Shown piece by piece: positions 35,004 through 48,031 of a stretch of DNA of 64,000 nucleotides. The first letter of the stretch is position 1, and every line of letters starts with the position of its first letter. Under the pieces are notes generated by a model. That model saw only the letters and a list, made by a program, of their open reading frames with translations, was not told where the DNA came from and made no database searches. The position numbers were made by a program, and so were the translations under genes. The DNA comes from Blepharisma stoltei ATCC 30299 (lineage: Eukaryota > Protista > Ciliophora), in NCBI GenBank assembly GCA_965603825.1, contig CBFDEM010000063.1, forward strand, positions 124,001-188,000, read 5' to 3'.

Positions 35004-35300
35004 ATTCTTAGCTAAGCTAATAATGTTCATATATTGCCAATAAAAAGGGTTAAAAATTGTTTTCAAAACGAAAAGGCTTGATAATTCAGGCAAAAAGTAA
35101 GCATTGAGATAATTTAAAATAAATTGAAGTAAATGATTATTACTGGATTTTATTTAGAGTTACGAAAAAAAATATGAAAGCTACAGATATTGAGGATTTT
35201 TCATAAGGTGTTGGTCCTAGTGTCTTTTCTGTATAACTACAGTCAAGCCCTAGAGAAAATATAATTCTCAAAAATAAATCCCACATGTCAATCAAATAAT

Positions 35301-35879
35301 ATGGAAGCCAACTATAAAGAAATCCCTGCTGCCCTTCGCGGATCTCATAGCGACTCCAGCGACGAAGAAAGCGGGACAATGCAAACCTTTGACATCGAAA
35401 GCGAAGATATCGGCCCCGGTCCTTTTTCCCAGCGAATCAAGTACTTCTGCTACTTCCTTATCCTAACATGCTGACTTCTTCCTCTCATTTCTTACTTCAC
35501 CGGCCCAGAATCCTATATTTACCTGATTATGTCCGTCATCTCGCTCGCTCAGCTGATAATTGGGGTTTTAGGGGTGATTTGGTCGAAAAAGAATAAATTC
35601 ACCCATATTACATTCTTTCGCCTGCTTCTACATTTGTTCTTTATTTCACTCATTGTGGCTCTTGTAGGTTACGAAGCGTTTGGGTTAGCGTTCACAGTCC
35701 AACATAACTATGACAACTGCAATGATTTTACCTTTAATAAAGTGTGCAAAAACCGGGGAGGACTCATGTCAGAACAGATGGTGTTGATACTGCTACTTCC
35801 AGCACTAGATGCTCTGGTAATTTTGCTGTATATTTATGTCACCAAACTTGCTAAGAAATGTGCATTGAAGATGACTTAA
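35301..35879 (+). CDS. Four-TM membrane protein (192 aa)
   Basis: ATG 35301 is in frame with ORF 35529 through one TGA (ILTC-W-LLP); four hydrophobic segments with a Cys pair in the last loop. Confidence 0.75.
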
Positions 35880-35908
35880 ACGGCATTAATAACTTAATAG
35901 AAGTTATG

Positions 35909-36469
35909 CTACTTAAAGGTAAAATAAGTGTCTTTTGAGAGCTTTGAGAGCCAGTTTCTGTATCTCAAACTTTCGTATTTTTCTAAGTTGTTTGCTATAG
36001 GAAATAGAGGAATCATACTTTTAACGTATGGGTTTCTTATTTTTTTCCAATTTATCTGTGGGCCTGGAGCTGCTATCTTTACAGCAGGCTGAGGAGAATA
36101 AATGTATGAAAGTTGATCCCTATTTCTTTCCTGGCAAATTTGTCTTAAAATGTCATTTTCGACTTTCAGGAAATTTTTTTCTTTATTTTTCAATTTGATA
36201 GCTCTGTCATCTAAAATTTTCTTTATTTTCATCAGTTTATTATCAGGAAATTCGCAATTGATTGAATCTCTTCTTCATAATGCTAAATCTTTTCGTAATC
36301 TTTCTCTCTCTGATTCTAATCTCTGCTTTATTCTATTGTCTTTTATTATCATTTCTTTCAAATTTGGAAGATCATTTTCTTCATCTAAATCTTCAAACAT
36401 TTGAATTTCTGCTAATACTTGACTATCCTCTATTTCAGGATCAGAATCGATAAAATCGATATCTTCCAT
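35909..36469 (-). CDS. Hypothetical protein (186 aa)
   Basis: ORFs 36275-36469 and 35909-36232 join in frame through TGA at 36275; ends TAG. Confidence 0.65.
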
Positions 36470-36797
36470 TTAACTGCTATTCATTTTAAACAAAATAATT
36501 ATTTCTTTAATAACAGTTATGCTGAAAAAATGCTTAAAGATATCAAGAAGAAAATAATAAATATATATATGATAATTTTTGCAAATTAAATTTAAAGATG
36601 CAAGCAATTAATAGAATTTTATACAGAAGTGAAGTTAATTGTGATTTATTATGGTAAATAAGAATTAAACAGGCTTTTAAATTAACACTTTAGATAAATA
36701 AGAAAATTAAAAGTGATAATGAGTATTATCGAAGGCTGATAAAGGAATCAGCAAAAAGAAGAGTATTTAAAAACAATTTGAGAATTAGACCCAGCTA

Positions 36798-36878
36798 GAC
36801 AGTATGGCCGAGTGGTTAAGGCGACAGACTTGAAATCTGTTGGGATCTCCCGCGCAGGTTCGAATCCTGCTACTGTCG
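36798..36878 (+). tRNA. tRNA-Ser (anticodon UGA)
   Basis: GACAGTA/TACTGTC acceptor, ACAGA-CTTGAAA-TCTGT anticodon arm, long variable arm, GGTTCGAATCC, G discriminator, oligo-T terminator. Confidence 0.97.
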
Positions 36879-37297
36879 TTTTTTGAATTTTAGGATAGTA
36901 TCGAATAAATGTTTTTTGCAAAAAATTACTGCTTCCTAAATATATCTTGCTGAATATTTTATAAAATTAACAATAAAATCAAAGGCATTCGAAGACTATA
37001 TCCTTCAATTATTATTCAGAAGAGCATTTTAAAAATCGTTTTAGTAAAAAAGTAATAGCTAAATATTTCTTTGAAATAACTTCTTAAAGTGTATTAACTC
37101 TTATATTTTTATCATTTATTCTTTTATATCTCCATACTTATAATTTCTTAACTATTATTAAAAATGCTTAGCCACTCTTCACTATTCTCAAGCCCACACA
37201 GCCTCCTAACCCTTCATTCCTAAATTAATATCTCTACCTAAAATCTCTTTCTATTCTTTATTTTTTCCGTTTTTACATTTATTAATAAACTAATTCC

Positions 37298-38797
37298 ATG
37301 AGTACTTGCATACATTGCAATAAACCTGCAAAATTTGAGTGCCTATGCAACTCTCATCCTCAATGCTTCTGCGAGTCACATCTTCCAGATCACATAATAA
37401 ACAACGTGACTCTAGTTCATAAGTCACATGCAATACAAGGAGCTAATGAAGAAAACATTGAAACCTTTGTCTGCACTATCTGCGAAAAGAAGCCTGCAGA
37501 GATGATTTGTCTTTGCCAAGGTAGCAAGACCAAGCTCTGCCAGCCCTGCACATTAGTCCACTTTAAAAAACACCCCGAAAATTCACATCCTTTAGAGCCA
37601 ATTCGTGCTGATGAATTTTTAAAAAGTGCAGCTGATTTAAATGAGTATTTAGGAAGAAAACAAATTATTGATTTCTATATGAATGAACTGAGGATTAATA
37701 TTTCAAATCTAGAAAAGTTTTCAAACGATTTAGATTTGACAAGGACTCAGCTGGTCAATCATATTGACAAACTTTTCAATGAAGTTAAAGAAGAAGCAGT
37801 GACAGGAAAAGCTAAGTATGAAGGATGGATCAACGAACTAGAAAACGCAAGATATAAAAAGGAATTAGACGAAACTCGATGGGCTGACTCTTTAATTAGA
37901 AGGTCAAATTTGAACAATATGGCAACGGTTGCCCAAGAGCTTAAAGTAAATTTATCTGATTTAGATATTGAGCCAGCCGTCAGATCTATTGCAAATATCG
38001 CGAAATTGAGTTTTGAAGAGCCTCATTATGACCAGAAAATATGCTATTTTAAGGCTAGGTATAAAGAATTTACATGTGTAAATCTGAATAAGCTGGAAGT
38101 CTCAAAAGTGAATTTCCCAGCTACTTTTAAACTGAAAGATGGTGGTAGTTGATGCGATATCGGCTTTGGGAAGATTTTCCACTGTGGAGGTTTAGATGAA
38201 AGCTCATTCAGCTCTTCTGCTTGTCTTATTGATACTGGCTCCCTCAATTTTTCAGAGCTCCCCAATATGCATTTCCAAAAAGCTCTTCCTGGCCTTTATT
38301 ATTTTCAAAAGCGTGTTTTTGTATTCGGTGGATATTTTAATGGAGAAAGTTTAAAGTCTGGAGAAGTTTATGATTTTTCTAAAAATGAATGGAAAATCCT
38401 GCCAGACATGCCGACAGCCAGGAGTGCGTTTACAATAGCGAGGCTTGGGAAGTTTTTGTATATGTGTGGAGATTCACATAAAGTTGACGTTTTTGACACT
38501 GAAAGATTGTGCTTTGTGGATTGTGATATTGAGCTACCTGAGGCTGACTCTTATTCCACCCTAGTAGAAAATAATGATCACTTATTACTATTCCAGAATG
38601 AAAAGTGCTGGAAAATTGAAGTCAGCGCAAACACAGTTCAAGAACTTACAAGAATACCAAAAGGACAATGATGGAGTGTTTTCCCTCCTATATCATTTCA
38701 AGGGAATCTATTTTTTACGAGATATGACGATTTCTCGCTGTGGAGGTTTGATACTGAAAATTATGAGCTCAGCAAGCAGTTAAGGTTTTTAGAATAA
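37298..38797 (+). CDS. Tandem B-box-like + coiled coil + Kelch-like protein (499 aa)
   Basis: TGA=Trp at 38150 and 38669; VFVFGG...GEVYDF..NEWKILPDMPTARS; ends TAA at 38795-38797. Confidence 0.85.
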
Positions 38798-38914
38798 TTA
38801 TAATATGGAAATTTGTGCCGAAATTTGAGTTTTTTATAAATAATGTAATAATTAATTATTATGATTTAAATAAATTTTGATGGAATTATTAGAGTTTAGA
38901 ATATTTTCTATTAT

Positions 38915-39562
38915 TTATTTGAGCACCCATCCGTTTTCTGTTTCTTTAGCTACCTTATTGAGTACGCTTATAATTTTTGTACTTGGCATTGAAGCACTAT
39001 CAAAAATATCTCCTCATAGTGTTGATATAGAGAAGTGCATACTAACTACAAGACCTTCTTGATTAAGGACTGGCCCTCCTGAATACCCAAATCCTCCTTT
39101 ACATGATGAAAGATAGCAAGGAATACGAGTAGATTCCAATTTCGTGAATTCTGTGTTAAGTATATACCCAGGCTCAAAAACTTTGACATTATTCGCATAA
39201 ACCCCATATAAACAGACTCTTTCCCCTATTCTCGGTGGTAATTTACTAAGCCTCAAAAATGCATTATTTTCTAGTTTTTTCGCTTTGACGATCAGCAAAT
39301 CAGCTTCTTTATCATATGAAACCACAGAAAATTCATATTCCTCGTCTCTATAAACCAATTTGCATTTCTTTAATTCTCTTTTGGCATCATCAATAAAGTG
39401 ATGAACACTTAATCCGAGTCCATTTGGGCCTATAAAAAAACCTGAAGCCGCCGTATATTCATGCTTCAAATAAAATAAGCCTGGGTTTACAGTGCTATTA
39501 AGGCTTTTCCAGTCATCTAAGCAATACACATACGAGTTAAGCAAGGAAATCCATCTAATCAT
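38915..39562 (-). CDS. Trypsin-like (HtrA/DegP-type) serine protease domain protein (215 aa)
   Basis: ASGFFI...LSVHH, ADLL and GYSGGPV supply the His-Asp-Ser triad; TGA=Trp at 39014; ends TAA at 38915. Confidence 0.82.
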
Positions 39563-39592
39563 ATTAAATATCCATAAAACTTATGTGATTAG

Positions 39593-40429
39593 TTACTCAA
39601 ATGGCTTGTATTCTCCAGCGACAACTGCATGATCCACTTCATAAGGCTCCAAAGTAAGCATTTCTTTTGGTGCAAATCCCATTTCCTTCAAAGTTTCAAT
39701 TTCTCTTTCAAAAACAACGCTCGGCTCTACAGTAGAGTCAATGCAATTCGCCTTAATCGAAATCACAAAGTGTCCTCCATTTTTCACAAAATGCTGAGCA
39801 TTATGGGCCAAAATTCTTGCCTGGTCTCTTTGTGCGACATCAGCAAAAATCACGTCGACCATTGGTACAAGCATTCTATATCTCATTGGGTGTCTGGCGT
39901 CGTCTACAATAGGGATGACATTTGTCCTTCTTTTGGCCATATTGACGAGATCTCTGCCTGATCTGTGAGAAAATTCGACAGCATAGACTGCTCCTTCAGG
40001 CCCGACAATGTCGGAAACATGGCTGACAGTTGTCCCTGATGCAGCGCCGAGATAGAGAACTTTTGCACCTGGCTGGATCCAGATCTGGTCGATTCCTCCT
40101 AAAATTGCTGCAGCAATTTTAGACCTATAAGGATTCCAAACTCGGTATTCGATTTTGTCTTCGCCGACTTGGACTGGGATTCGCTTTTCTTGATATACAC
40201 TTTCCCCGGGGGCGAAACTTTTTGTGACTAAGGAGTCTTCGTTGCCTCTGGCGATGAAGATTCCTGGAAATCTGTGAGGCTCGATTAAGACTTTAGAGCC
40301 ACCTTTCATGCCTCTTGGACCGCCACGGCCACCTCTTGGACCTCCTCTTCCGCCTCTTGGGCCACCTCTTGGTGGTCCACCACGGCCTCTTGGTGCTCCT
40401 CTGCCTCCTCCGAAGTCGCCTCTAACCAT
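39593..40429 (-). CDS. NOP1: Fibrillarin (rRNA 2'-O-methyltransferase)
   Basis: GAR/RGG N-terminus, [39 protein letters not shown]. Confidence 0.98.
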   Translation of the reverse strand: MVRGDFGGGRGAPRGRGGPPRGGPRGGRGGPRGGRGGPRGMKGGSKVLIEPHRFPGIFIARGNEDSLVTKSFAPGESVYQEKRIPVQVGEDKIEYRVWNPYRSKIAAAILGGIDQIWIQPGAKVLYLGAASGTTVSHVSDIVGPEGAVYAVEFSHRSGRDLVNMAKRRTNVIPIVDDARHPMRYRMLVPMVDVIFADVAQRDQARILAHNAQHFVKNGGHFVISIKANCIDSTVEPSVVFEREIETLKEMGFAPKEMLTLEPYEVDHAVVAGEYKPFE

Positions 40430-40733
40430 GATTAATAGGAATTAAGGAATTTCATGGAAAAGCTGGCTTAAATATCAATGCAGGCATGATTTTCTAAAAC
40501 GAGGAGGAAGGTTTAGAAATTTATAAGAGTGAGTTCGTTAAATATTCCAGATTACCTAAGAAAAATTGTGAGATGACTAGAAATCAGTTAGGTATATTAA
40601 AATTATTTGTTATGGCATAAATTGATTTTGTTTGCTAATATTAATTGATGAGATAATGTGTAATTACAATAGCTTTTATTTGGTATAATCTTCTATTTAA
40701 TTAGATATATTAAGATGCTGGACCATTAATCTG

Positions 40734-41237
40734 CTAGAATTTAAATGGAAATGGCTCAAAATCAATTTCACTTTCAGTCTCTGGAGAGTTAACACTATAA
40801 TAAATATCTCCAGACAAGGCTGCTTCTTCGTTTTGGCATAAAAGCTCTCCTCTGCTAACTTCTCCACAATTTTTTTTCATATTTTCTTCTTGGGGGTGCT
40901 TTTCATTCATATTTACATTTTCACTTTTTCTCTCGTCAGCCTTATCTGGCAAAGGAGAATTTTGGCCTTTTAGGGTTATTTCATGAGTTTTTTGTTCTTG
41001 GGTTTCAGGCTGGTTGGTTTTACTCCGTAAAATAAATTCTTGAATTAAATCAATTTTTTCTGATGACAGCTCGGGTTGGGTCAGCGTTCTCGCTTTATCT
41101 TTTCTGAGCCCTCTGTTTATCGTTTTTTTAACTGTTCGTTGAATTGGAGATTCAGTTTTAGTTCTTCGCACAGAGCGTGTGAAGTCGCTCTTAACTTTAT
41201 TAAGGATATTTTCAGGCTTTTCCACAATTAGCTTCAT
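40734..41237 (-). CDS. Hypothetical hydrophilic protein (167 aa)
   Basis: ATG-to-TAG ORF with coding-like composition between AT-rich flanks. Confidence 0.6.
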   Translation of the reverse strand: MKLIVEKPENILNKVKSDFTRSVRRTKTESPIQRTVKKTINRGLRKDKARTLTQPELSSEKIDLIQEFILRSKTNQPETQEQKTHEITLKGQNSPLPDKADERKSENVNMNEKHPQEENMKKNCGEVSRGELLCQNEEAALSGDIYYSVNSPETESEIDFEPFPFKF

Positions 41238-41716
41238 TATTATTTATTAATTAACAGAAATTAAAATTTGAATTTATGTGGTTTTAACATTTATTATTTG
41301 GATAATTATGGGTTAATGGAGACAAATGGCTCGATTTTTGTAAATTATTATATTATCGGTATTGCCAATAGACTTCTAATTCGAATTTTAATTGTATTAT
41401 TTTGAATAAATTTTCAGGATAATTAGTTATTTTTGAATATCCATAATTTTTTTTAAATTAGCTGGAATAATCTCGTTTAAGCAGTAATATATTATTTTCA
41501 AACGCTCCAAATCTGCCTTAAAAAGCAATAAAATTCAGAATTTTTTAATAATTTTGTATTTATTAATGAATTGTTAACATTTATCGTTTTTTTATTTTCT
41601 ATAATTTAAATCTAAGCCAGAAAATTCATTAAGAGTTAATCATTGGCTTAATGTCCATGCTAATTAAAAAGGCATTAATTCTAACCTAAATATTTAATAA
41701 GAATCATAGAATAGAA

Positions 41717-42697
41717 ATGTCTCAAAGAATCTGCTATAAGCCTGGCTGTGGAGGAAAGGCAAAATTCAAGTGCTTTTGCACCACTCCTGAAACTTATATG
41801 TGTGAAAAGCACATAGATGATAGAGACCCTCTCTATAGAAACCACGTTGGTCATGAGATGATCACCATTTACAGCAAGCCTGATTATGCTTCAAAAGAAG
41901 CTTTTCTTAAGTTTCTCAGCGGAGAAGTCCACAAACTCGACTCAGTTGAGAAAATTATCATCGAAAACACTTTGGTTGAAATCAAAGCGATCGAGGAAGG
42001 TCTTAAGGAAATTTTGCATAGGATTAATGACTCCAAAAATACTCTTAACCATTTAGTTGAAGAGATAAACTCTCTTAGAGAGATTCCATACAACAGCTCA
42101 AAATCGCTTCACAACTGGCTAAAACTTCCTGTACAAGAAGCAAATGCCTTGATAGAGAACCTTAAAAGGACGAAGGAGCTTCCCTCTTCTGATGGTTTAT
42201 ACCAAGAAATGGTCCAATTTACTTTGGAATTTGCTTTAAAACCAATCGAATCTCCTTTAGAAGCCCTAGAACTTCTGAATGAAAGCAGCAGAAAAAATCA
42301 GGTTCAGTTCAAGCAGCAAATGAACACAATCCTAAACTTGAAAAATATAGTGAACCATTACAAAAATAACCTCAAACAAGACTTAAGCACCCCTATAAAC
42401 AATGAAAGATCCCCAAGTTCTCTTTCTACCTACAAGCAAGACTTCGAAGCTTTAGCCAAGCAAGATATTAACAACTATGACATCCCCAAGAGAAAAAGAA
42501 ACAGTCAGCAGTATATGAACAATAATTTAGAAGTTGCTGATGCGATTCACCATGTAACAGTTGGAGGCCCCGAGCCTGACAGCTCAGACTCAGACCATCA
42601 GCATACAACTGAAGAAGAGTCCGTCAACACCACACACTCAGCCTACACTGCGGAGACTATTTCAGATTATTCTCCTCTTAACACCCAGTTCAGCTAA
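41717..42697 (+). CDS. B-box-like Zn module + coiled-coil protein (326 aa)
   Basis: C-x4-C-x7-C-x-C-x7-C-x2-H N-terminus, similar to the 5869 gene. Confidence 0.75.
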   Translation: MSQRICYKPGCGGKAKFKCFCTTPETYMCEKHIDDRDPLYRNHVGHEMITIYSKPDYASKEAFLKFLSGEVHKLDSVEKIIIENTLVEIKAIEEGLKEILHRINDSKNTLNHLVEEINSLREIPYNSSKSLHNWLKLPVQEANALIENLKRTKELPSSDGLYQEMVQFTLEFALKPIESPLEALELLNESSRKNQVQFKQQMNTILNLKNIVNHYKNNLKQDLSTPINNERSPSSLSTYKQDFEALAKQDINNYDIPKRKRNSQQYMNNNLEVADAIHHVTVGGPEPDSSDSDHQHTTEEESVNTTHSAYTAETISDYSPLNTQFS

Positions 42698-42823
42698 ATA
42701 ATTCTGAGACAGGACAAATACAATATAAATAATCCAATACCCTCACATTAATTTTTTATGCATTAGCGCAGTTAATTCCTAAATGGCCATATTTAATTAA
42801 CTTTTGCAAAGTTTTTCATATTT

Positions 42824-43072
42824 ATGCCTTGGTACTCTCGAATAGCATATTCAGATCAAAAAGAATGGACTTATAATGATGTAGATGTGCAGCAGGTTGA
42901 ATGCCAAAAGAGATATGATAATTGGCAGCAGTGCTTAAGAAAGAAAGGAGCGAGAGACCAGGGTTGCAAAAAAGAGTGTCTGGAAGACTATTACACTTGT
43001 ATTGATAAATTGAATGCAATGAGGTCACATTTTGAAGTAAACTTGTCAAAGAAACTAAATAGGATTGCCTAA
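42824..43072 (+). CDS. Small twin-Cys (CX9C...CX10C) protein, probably mitochondrial intermembrane space
   Basis: CQKRYDNWQQC and CKKECLEDYYTC helical-hairpin pattern (COX6B/QCR6-like); exact family not resolved. Confidence 0.65.
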   Translation: MPWYSRIAYSDQKEWTYNDVDVQQVECQKRYDNWQQCLRKKGARDQGCKKECLEDYYTCIDKLNAMRSHFEVNLSKKLNRIA

Positions 43073-43866
43073 TCTAATTTTATGATTTTTTAAGGATAGT
43101 TTAAGAGACTGTTGAATATATAAATTTCGGTTTTAATGGAGAAGATTGTAATAGTGATTGGCTGGGATTTTAAAGTTAAGAATCGGGATGTGATTATAAT
43201 TTCGAGCAGAAATAGCTGTAAGCCAGTTTCAATATTTGGTGTTCTAGAATAGAAGAATAAGAAGCCATTTTAATCGTTGATAATTTCAGGTATCACATCA
43301 AATGAGATGATGAAACTTATGTAGCTAAAATTTATTATGAGATAATTTAAGCTTTTAAGAGCTGGATGATCTGGGCATTTTTAATTTTATCAGATGGGAT
43401 ATTTGGGGTTTATTTATAAACGAATTTCTTTTTTACCAATTTTTATTATGTAATAATAGACTTAAGTGAACTATAACAAATGGCAAGAGGTGCCTTTTGC
43501 AATTTATTTTAAAATAAAGAAAGATCCCAAATCCTTTTATTATATACTCAATTTATAATTATTTAAAAATGCTGCTGATAAGATGCTATTCTACCTAATT
43601 GAGTAAAAAATAAAGTATTAATAGAAATATTAATGTTTTCAGTTTTGAGTATTTGATTCTTAAATTTCACATTTTATTGGACATTATAAATGTCTCTATA
43701 TCAATTAATATATGAATTCTTTAAATTTTACTTTTTAACATGTTAATATAAGCAGAGTACGAGTCATTAAATCTCCTTAATTAAACATAAGATTATGATT
43801 GATCTTAACCTTAAATTAAATCCTTATACACACAAATAGATTATATAGCAATATTTTATTCTAAAT

Positions 43867-45255
43867 TTAAACTGAGCTGCCTGGTTCACTCTCCTCATCT
43901 CTGATCTCCAATATAGATTTTCTTCTGCATTTCTTTATAATCTTGTACATTAAAAGCCCAATCAATCCTAAGCTAGCTCCACTTATAGCAACAGCGGCTG
44001 AGACAATCCATCTATTTCCTTCTTCAACTGCAGTTTTATTGCTTGTTTGGGTCTGATTATAAAAAGTCCTATTATTATGAGTCTGACTAATATGTAATGG
44101 ATTACACTCTGAATCAGCAAACCCTATCTTATTAGTTGTCCTATCAAAAATAACGTCCATACCTCTTGAAAATATTCCTCCTAATACATTACATCCTTGT
44201 CCATCACTATAAATTCCTAAACAGTAACTCCTAGGATATGAAGGCCATGCAAATAAATAATTTTCAGGAAGTCACTGCACCTCAATATTTTCAATTAATA
44301 AGGTAAATATAGGAAAGGTATCATAAAAAGCGAAAATATCAGGATAGCTATCGTCATCATAATTATAACACAAATGAGGCTCGTTTGGAATAGAAACTTT
44401 TTCTCCATCACATTTCCCAGCCTTTGAGCAAGCTGACTCAAAATGGCTCCAAAGAGCTTCATAAAGTGGCTGATGTAAATATACAAAGGTAGTCCCAGAA
44501 TCTACTATTGTACCTGTGCCATATTGTCTTGAAAAATCACTTGCTGACAATTCAATCTTATTCCCGTCTACTTTTAGCCCATGCCAATTAATTGAATAAA
44601 AAGTATCATCATGAAGGTTCGCCCAGGCTACCTCACTGAGGTGCAAACTAGAATTATAGCCTCCAATAGTCATATACCCATCATTTTTCCCAAAACATAT
44701 AGCGAAAATATCAGTAGAAATGTCATGGTCACTAAACAAGGCATCTACCAGTGTCGGCATCCTGCTTTTTGCAAAGGCCAAGCCCATAATCCCATCGGCT
44801 TTTTGAGTTCTGAACAGATTAGTCTCTCTATTGTGACATCCAAATACAAATTTGACTCTTTTTGAGTGCTGAAAATCGTCTCCGAACATAATAAAATCTT
44901 CTACAAGGATTCCCGCAATTGAGCTGCCTTCAGCGTAACTTTGACTGTATCCACATTGGTCATTTTTGCATGGAGAGCAAGGGATGTTTTGATTACAGTT
45001 TAAGACGCTTGAAGTGCTTGAGTTCCGATAATCGAAATAAGAGTCCATATGAGTTCCACAATCCCGGCAGCCTGCACATGGGAAAGCTGTAATTCTGCTC
45101 CCTGTGTCGATAATAACAGTCTGCTTCTTTGGAGGAGTGCCTACTCATAGGTCAACATAGAAGTAGCCTAAGTCTTCCGTATTGCCGTATATGACAGCAT
45201 GCTCAATTTCTTGGGAGTAGGCTGATACAAACAGAAGAAGAAGGAAGCCTGACAT
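43867..45255 (-). CDS. A1 aspartic protease, plasmepsin V/ASP5-like, with C-terminal TM anchor (462 aa)
   Basis: Signal peptide, GYFYVDL-W(TGA)-VGTPP, IIDTGS..AFPC..C..CG.H, IVDSGTT, TGA=Trp at 44272, TM helix near the C-terminus. Confidence 0.9.
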
Positions 45256-45399
45256 TTTAAATCCTATTATGGAATTGATAGAATTACATAGCAAAATTCT
45301 TTATTATCTAAGGTTTTTCTATAAAGAGAAGAAATTTTGTTTATTTGGGCTGCAATAAGAATTATAAGAATTTATTAAAGTATTCTGAATATTATAAAA

Positions 45400-45747
45400 A
45401 TGAGGTGCTGGATGGAAAGTTGTGAAGCAATCCCGAACGTATTTTGTGATTGTACTGAAGAAGGAGTGCTGGTTTGCATAGATCACCTACTAGATCATAT
45501 GTGTGTGCAAGGCGTAGAACATAAGTATGAGCCTCTTGATGTGATCCATAACATCAAAGCAAGAAAGTTAGCCGAAAAACAGCTTGTAGCAAGAATTGCT
45601 GAATTAATAAGGAAAAAGTCAGAACTAGTAGAAAATGCTTCTAAAGAAATTCAAGAGCAGGCCCTAAATCTAAACCAACAAGCAGAAGAAGCAGGAGTTG
45701 CAATGAATATTCAGCCAGAAAACTCACAAGGCGAGTCAAGTGCATAA
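45400..45747 (+). CDS. Short B-box-like Zn module + coiled-coil protein (115 aa)
   Basis: C-x4-C-x7-C-x-C-x7-C-x2-H-x3-H motif. Confidence 0.65.
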   Translation: MRCWMESCEAIPNVFCDCTEEGVLVCIDHLLDHMCVQGVEHKYEPLDVIHNIKARKLAEKQLVARIAELIRKKSELVENASKEIQEQALNLNQQAEEAGVAMNIQPENSQGESSA

Positions 45748-45866
45748 AATTAGTAATTAGTGTCATAGTTTTCTTCATAATCTATTTCTCATAAATTAAT
45801 CAAGAATATCAGCCCAGAAAACCTCAGAAAATATAGACTGCACTTATTTTCCTTCCACACATAAAG

Positions 45867-46919
45867 ATGGACTTTTTGAGCATCTTGCGCTCTTGCATTA
45901 CAGGGATGGTTCCAGTCACAGTCATTACTATTTCTGGCGCATACCTAACCCACACAAACATCTTTACCAAAGAATCAAACAGATATCTCTCTGGCAGCTG
46001 CACACGGTTCTTTTTTCTTATTTTTAATTTTTGAACCGCAATAAAAGTAGTGGAATTTTCAGCATTTGCCCATCTTTGGCCAGTTTTAGTGGTTCCTCTG
46101 ATACTAGTAATCCTCTCCTGCTTCTTCTCATATCTGATTATTCCTTTTCTAACCCCCCCAAGCAGCTTCAAGTATTCAGCAATTGCAGCGCTTTCTTTTT
46201 CAAGCCTTGGAGGAGTTCCATTGCTTATAATTAAAGGAATATGTTCATCATATGGACCATTAAGTGGTGATAAGTACTGTGATGATGCTATTGGATATAT
46301 ATCTCTTTTAATATGCACAACAAATCTGTTCATATGGTCTGTCACAGGAATGCTGCTTAAATTTGATATAAGAAATAATGGGGATAATAGAGAACAGATA
46401 TCAGTGATGAGACTTTTTATTTCTGGAATAATTTCACCTCTGGCTGTATCTTCATGACTAGGCATTGTTTTTGGACTGATTCCAGGATTTAAATGACTAT
46501 TTGTGTATAAGTCTTCGCCTTTATTCGCTATTTATGATACTTTATTGAGCTTGTCTTATATTGGAATTATAGTATCGCAATTGATGATAGGAAGCAATTT
46601 AATGCTATTAAGAGGCTCCCAGAGTCCACTATCTAAAAAATATATTTTGAAATTAATTATCCTCAAAAGCTTTATCTTTCCAGCACTTTGACTACTTGTG
46701 ATTTTCGGATTTTGGGAAGCTGGGATATTTGGGGATAATAGAGTTATGGCGTATACTATTTTTATAGGCCAAAGCAGCCCTATTACAGTTGTTGTGCTAA
46801 TGGTTGCCCAGATGTTGAATGCTGCAATTGCTGAGTGCTCAGTGATGTTTCTGTGGCAATATTTAGCAGCTCCTGTTTCTTTAACTTTTTTCACGTATAT
46901 TTTCTTTCTTATGACTTAG
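45867..46919 (+). CDS. PILS/auxin-efflux-carrier (Mem_trans)-like transporter, copy 1 (350 aa)
   Basis: ATG 45867; four TGA=Trp join the ORF fragments; about 10 TM; paralogue of the next two genes. Confidence 0.82.
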
Positions 46920-46948
46920 ATTAAATCAAGTACACTTAAGGATAAATA

Positions 46949-48031
46949 ATGGACTTTTTATCAATTTTAAGATCATGTATCACAGGAATGGTCCCAGTTA
47001 CTTTAGTAACATTTTCAGGGGCTTATCTCGCTAAAAAAGACATTTTCAACAAAGAAGCTAACGAACTTATATCAAAAAGCTGCGCAAGGTTCTTTTTTGT
47101 AGTTCAAAGCTTTGCAACAATTCCAAAATCTGTGAAGCTTTCAAGTCTAGTAGAATTATGGCCAATCCCTGTGATTACTTTTCTAATAATCATAATTGGG
47201 CTGATTTTATCATTTTTGTCCTTATACTTCTTAAAGCCGCCTACTCACTTCAAGTTTACCACTTTATCGATACTTGTATTTACAAATGGAGGAAATATCC
47301 CTTTTTTAATTATGAAAGGAATTTGTGCGTCTTATGGGCCTTTGGCTGGAGATGATAAATGTGATGAGTATCCTGGGTATATAGCGTTAGTTATTTTTGT
47401 ATGCAGCATTTTAATATGGTCAATTTGTATTGCTTTTATTAAAGCTGACGAACAAGAAACCAGAAAAATAGAAGAATTAGCTAGTTTAACTGAAAATAAG
47501 TCAGCTGAAAGCTCACTAAAAGACCTTATGATAAGAGGCATGTTTTCGCCAGTCCCAATTTCATGCATTTTAAGCTTAATTCTGGCTCTGATTCCGGGGT
47601 TTGATTGATTATTTGTCCACAAAACATCGCCGCTTTACTCAATATTTGATTCTTTATTTGTGGTAGCTTATGTGGGTGTGGTGGTAAGCCAGATGATTAT
47701 AGGGAGCAACTTATATATGATGGAGAAGGCTGATTATGGGATTTCGAAATTTTATATTATTTCGACTACTTTGATGAAAAATGTCATTTATCCTTGCTTT
47801 TGATTGCTGCTTACACTTTTGCTATGAAACTTAGGATGCTATGGAAATAATAAAGTGATGGCATATATCATTTATATTGCTCAAGCAACGCCAGTAGCGT
47901 CGACTGTGCTTATGCAATGCCAGCTTGTAAGTTCGGGAGTAAAAGATTGCACTGTGATTTTATTATGGCAGTACATTACAGCTCCTATTACTTTAACAGT
48001 GTTCACTTATCTATTCTTTATAATTATTTAA
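46949..48031 (+). CDS. PILS/AEC-like transporter, copy 2 (360 aa)
   Basis: F.N.GNIP..I...IC motif, IIGSNL, ATP.A; TGA=Trp at 47606, 47801 and 47825; ends TAA. Confidence 0.85.

Noticed and set aside
36798-36878. tRNA with TGA in its loop as the decoder of UGA=Trp or as tRNA-Sec
   Set aside because: Anticodon UGA reads UCA (Ser); a UGA-codon reader needs anticodon UCA. The body is a normal tRNA-Ser.
40310-40420. GC-rich short tandem repeats
   Set aside because: They encode the RGG/GAR domain of fibrillarin.
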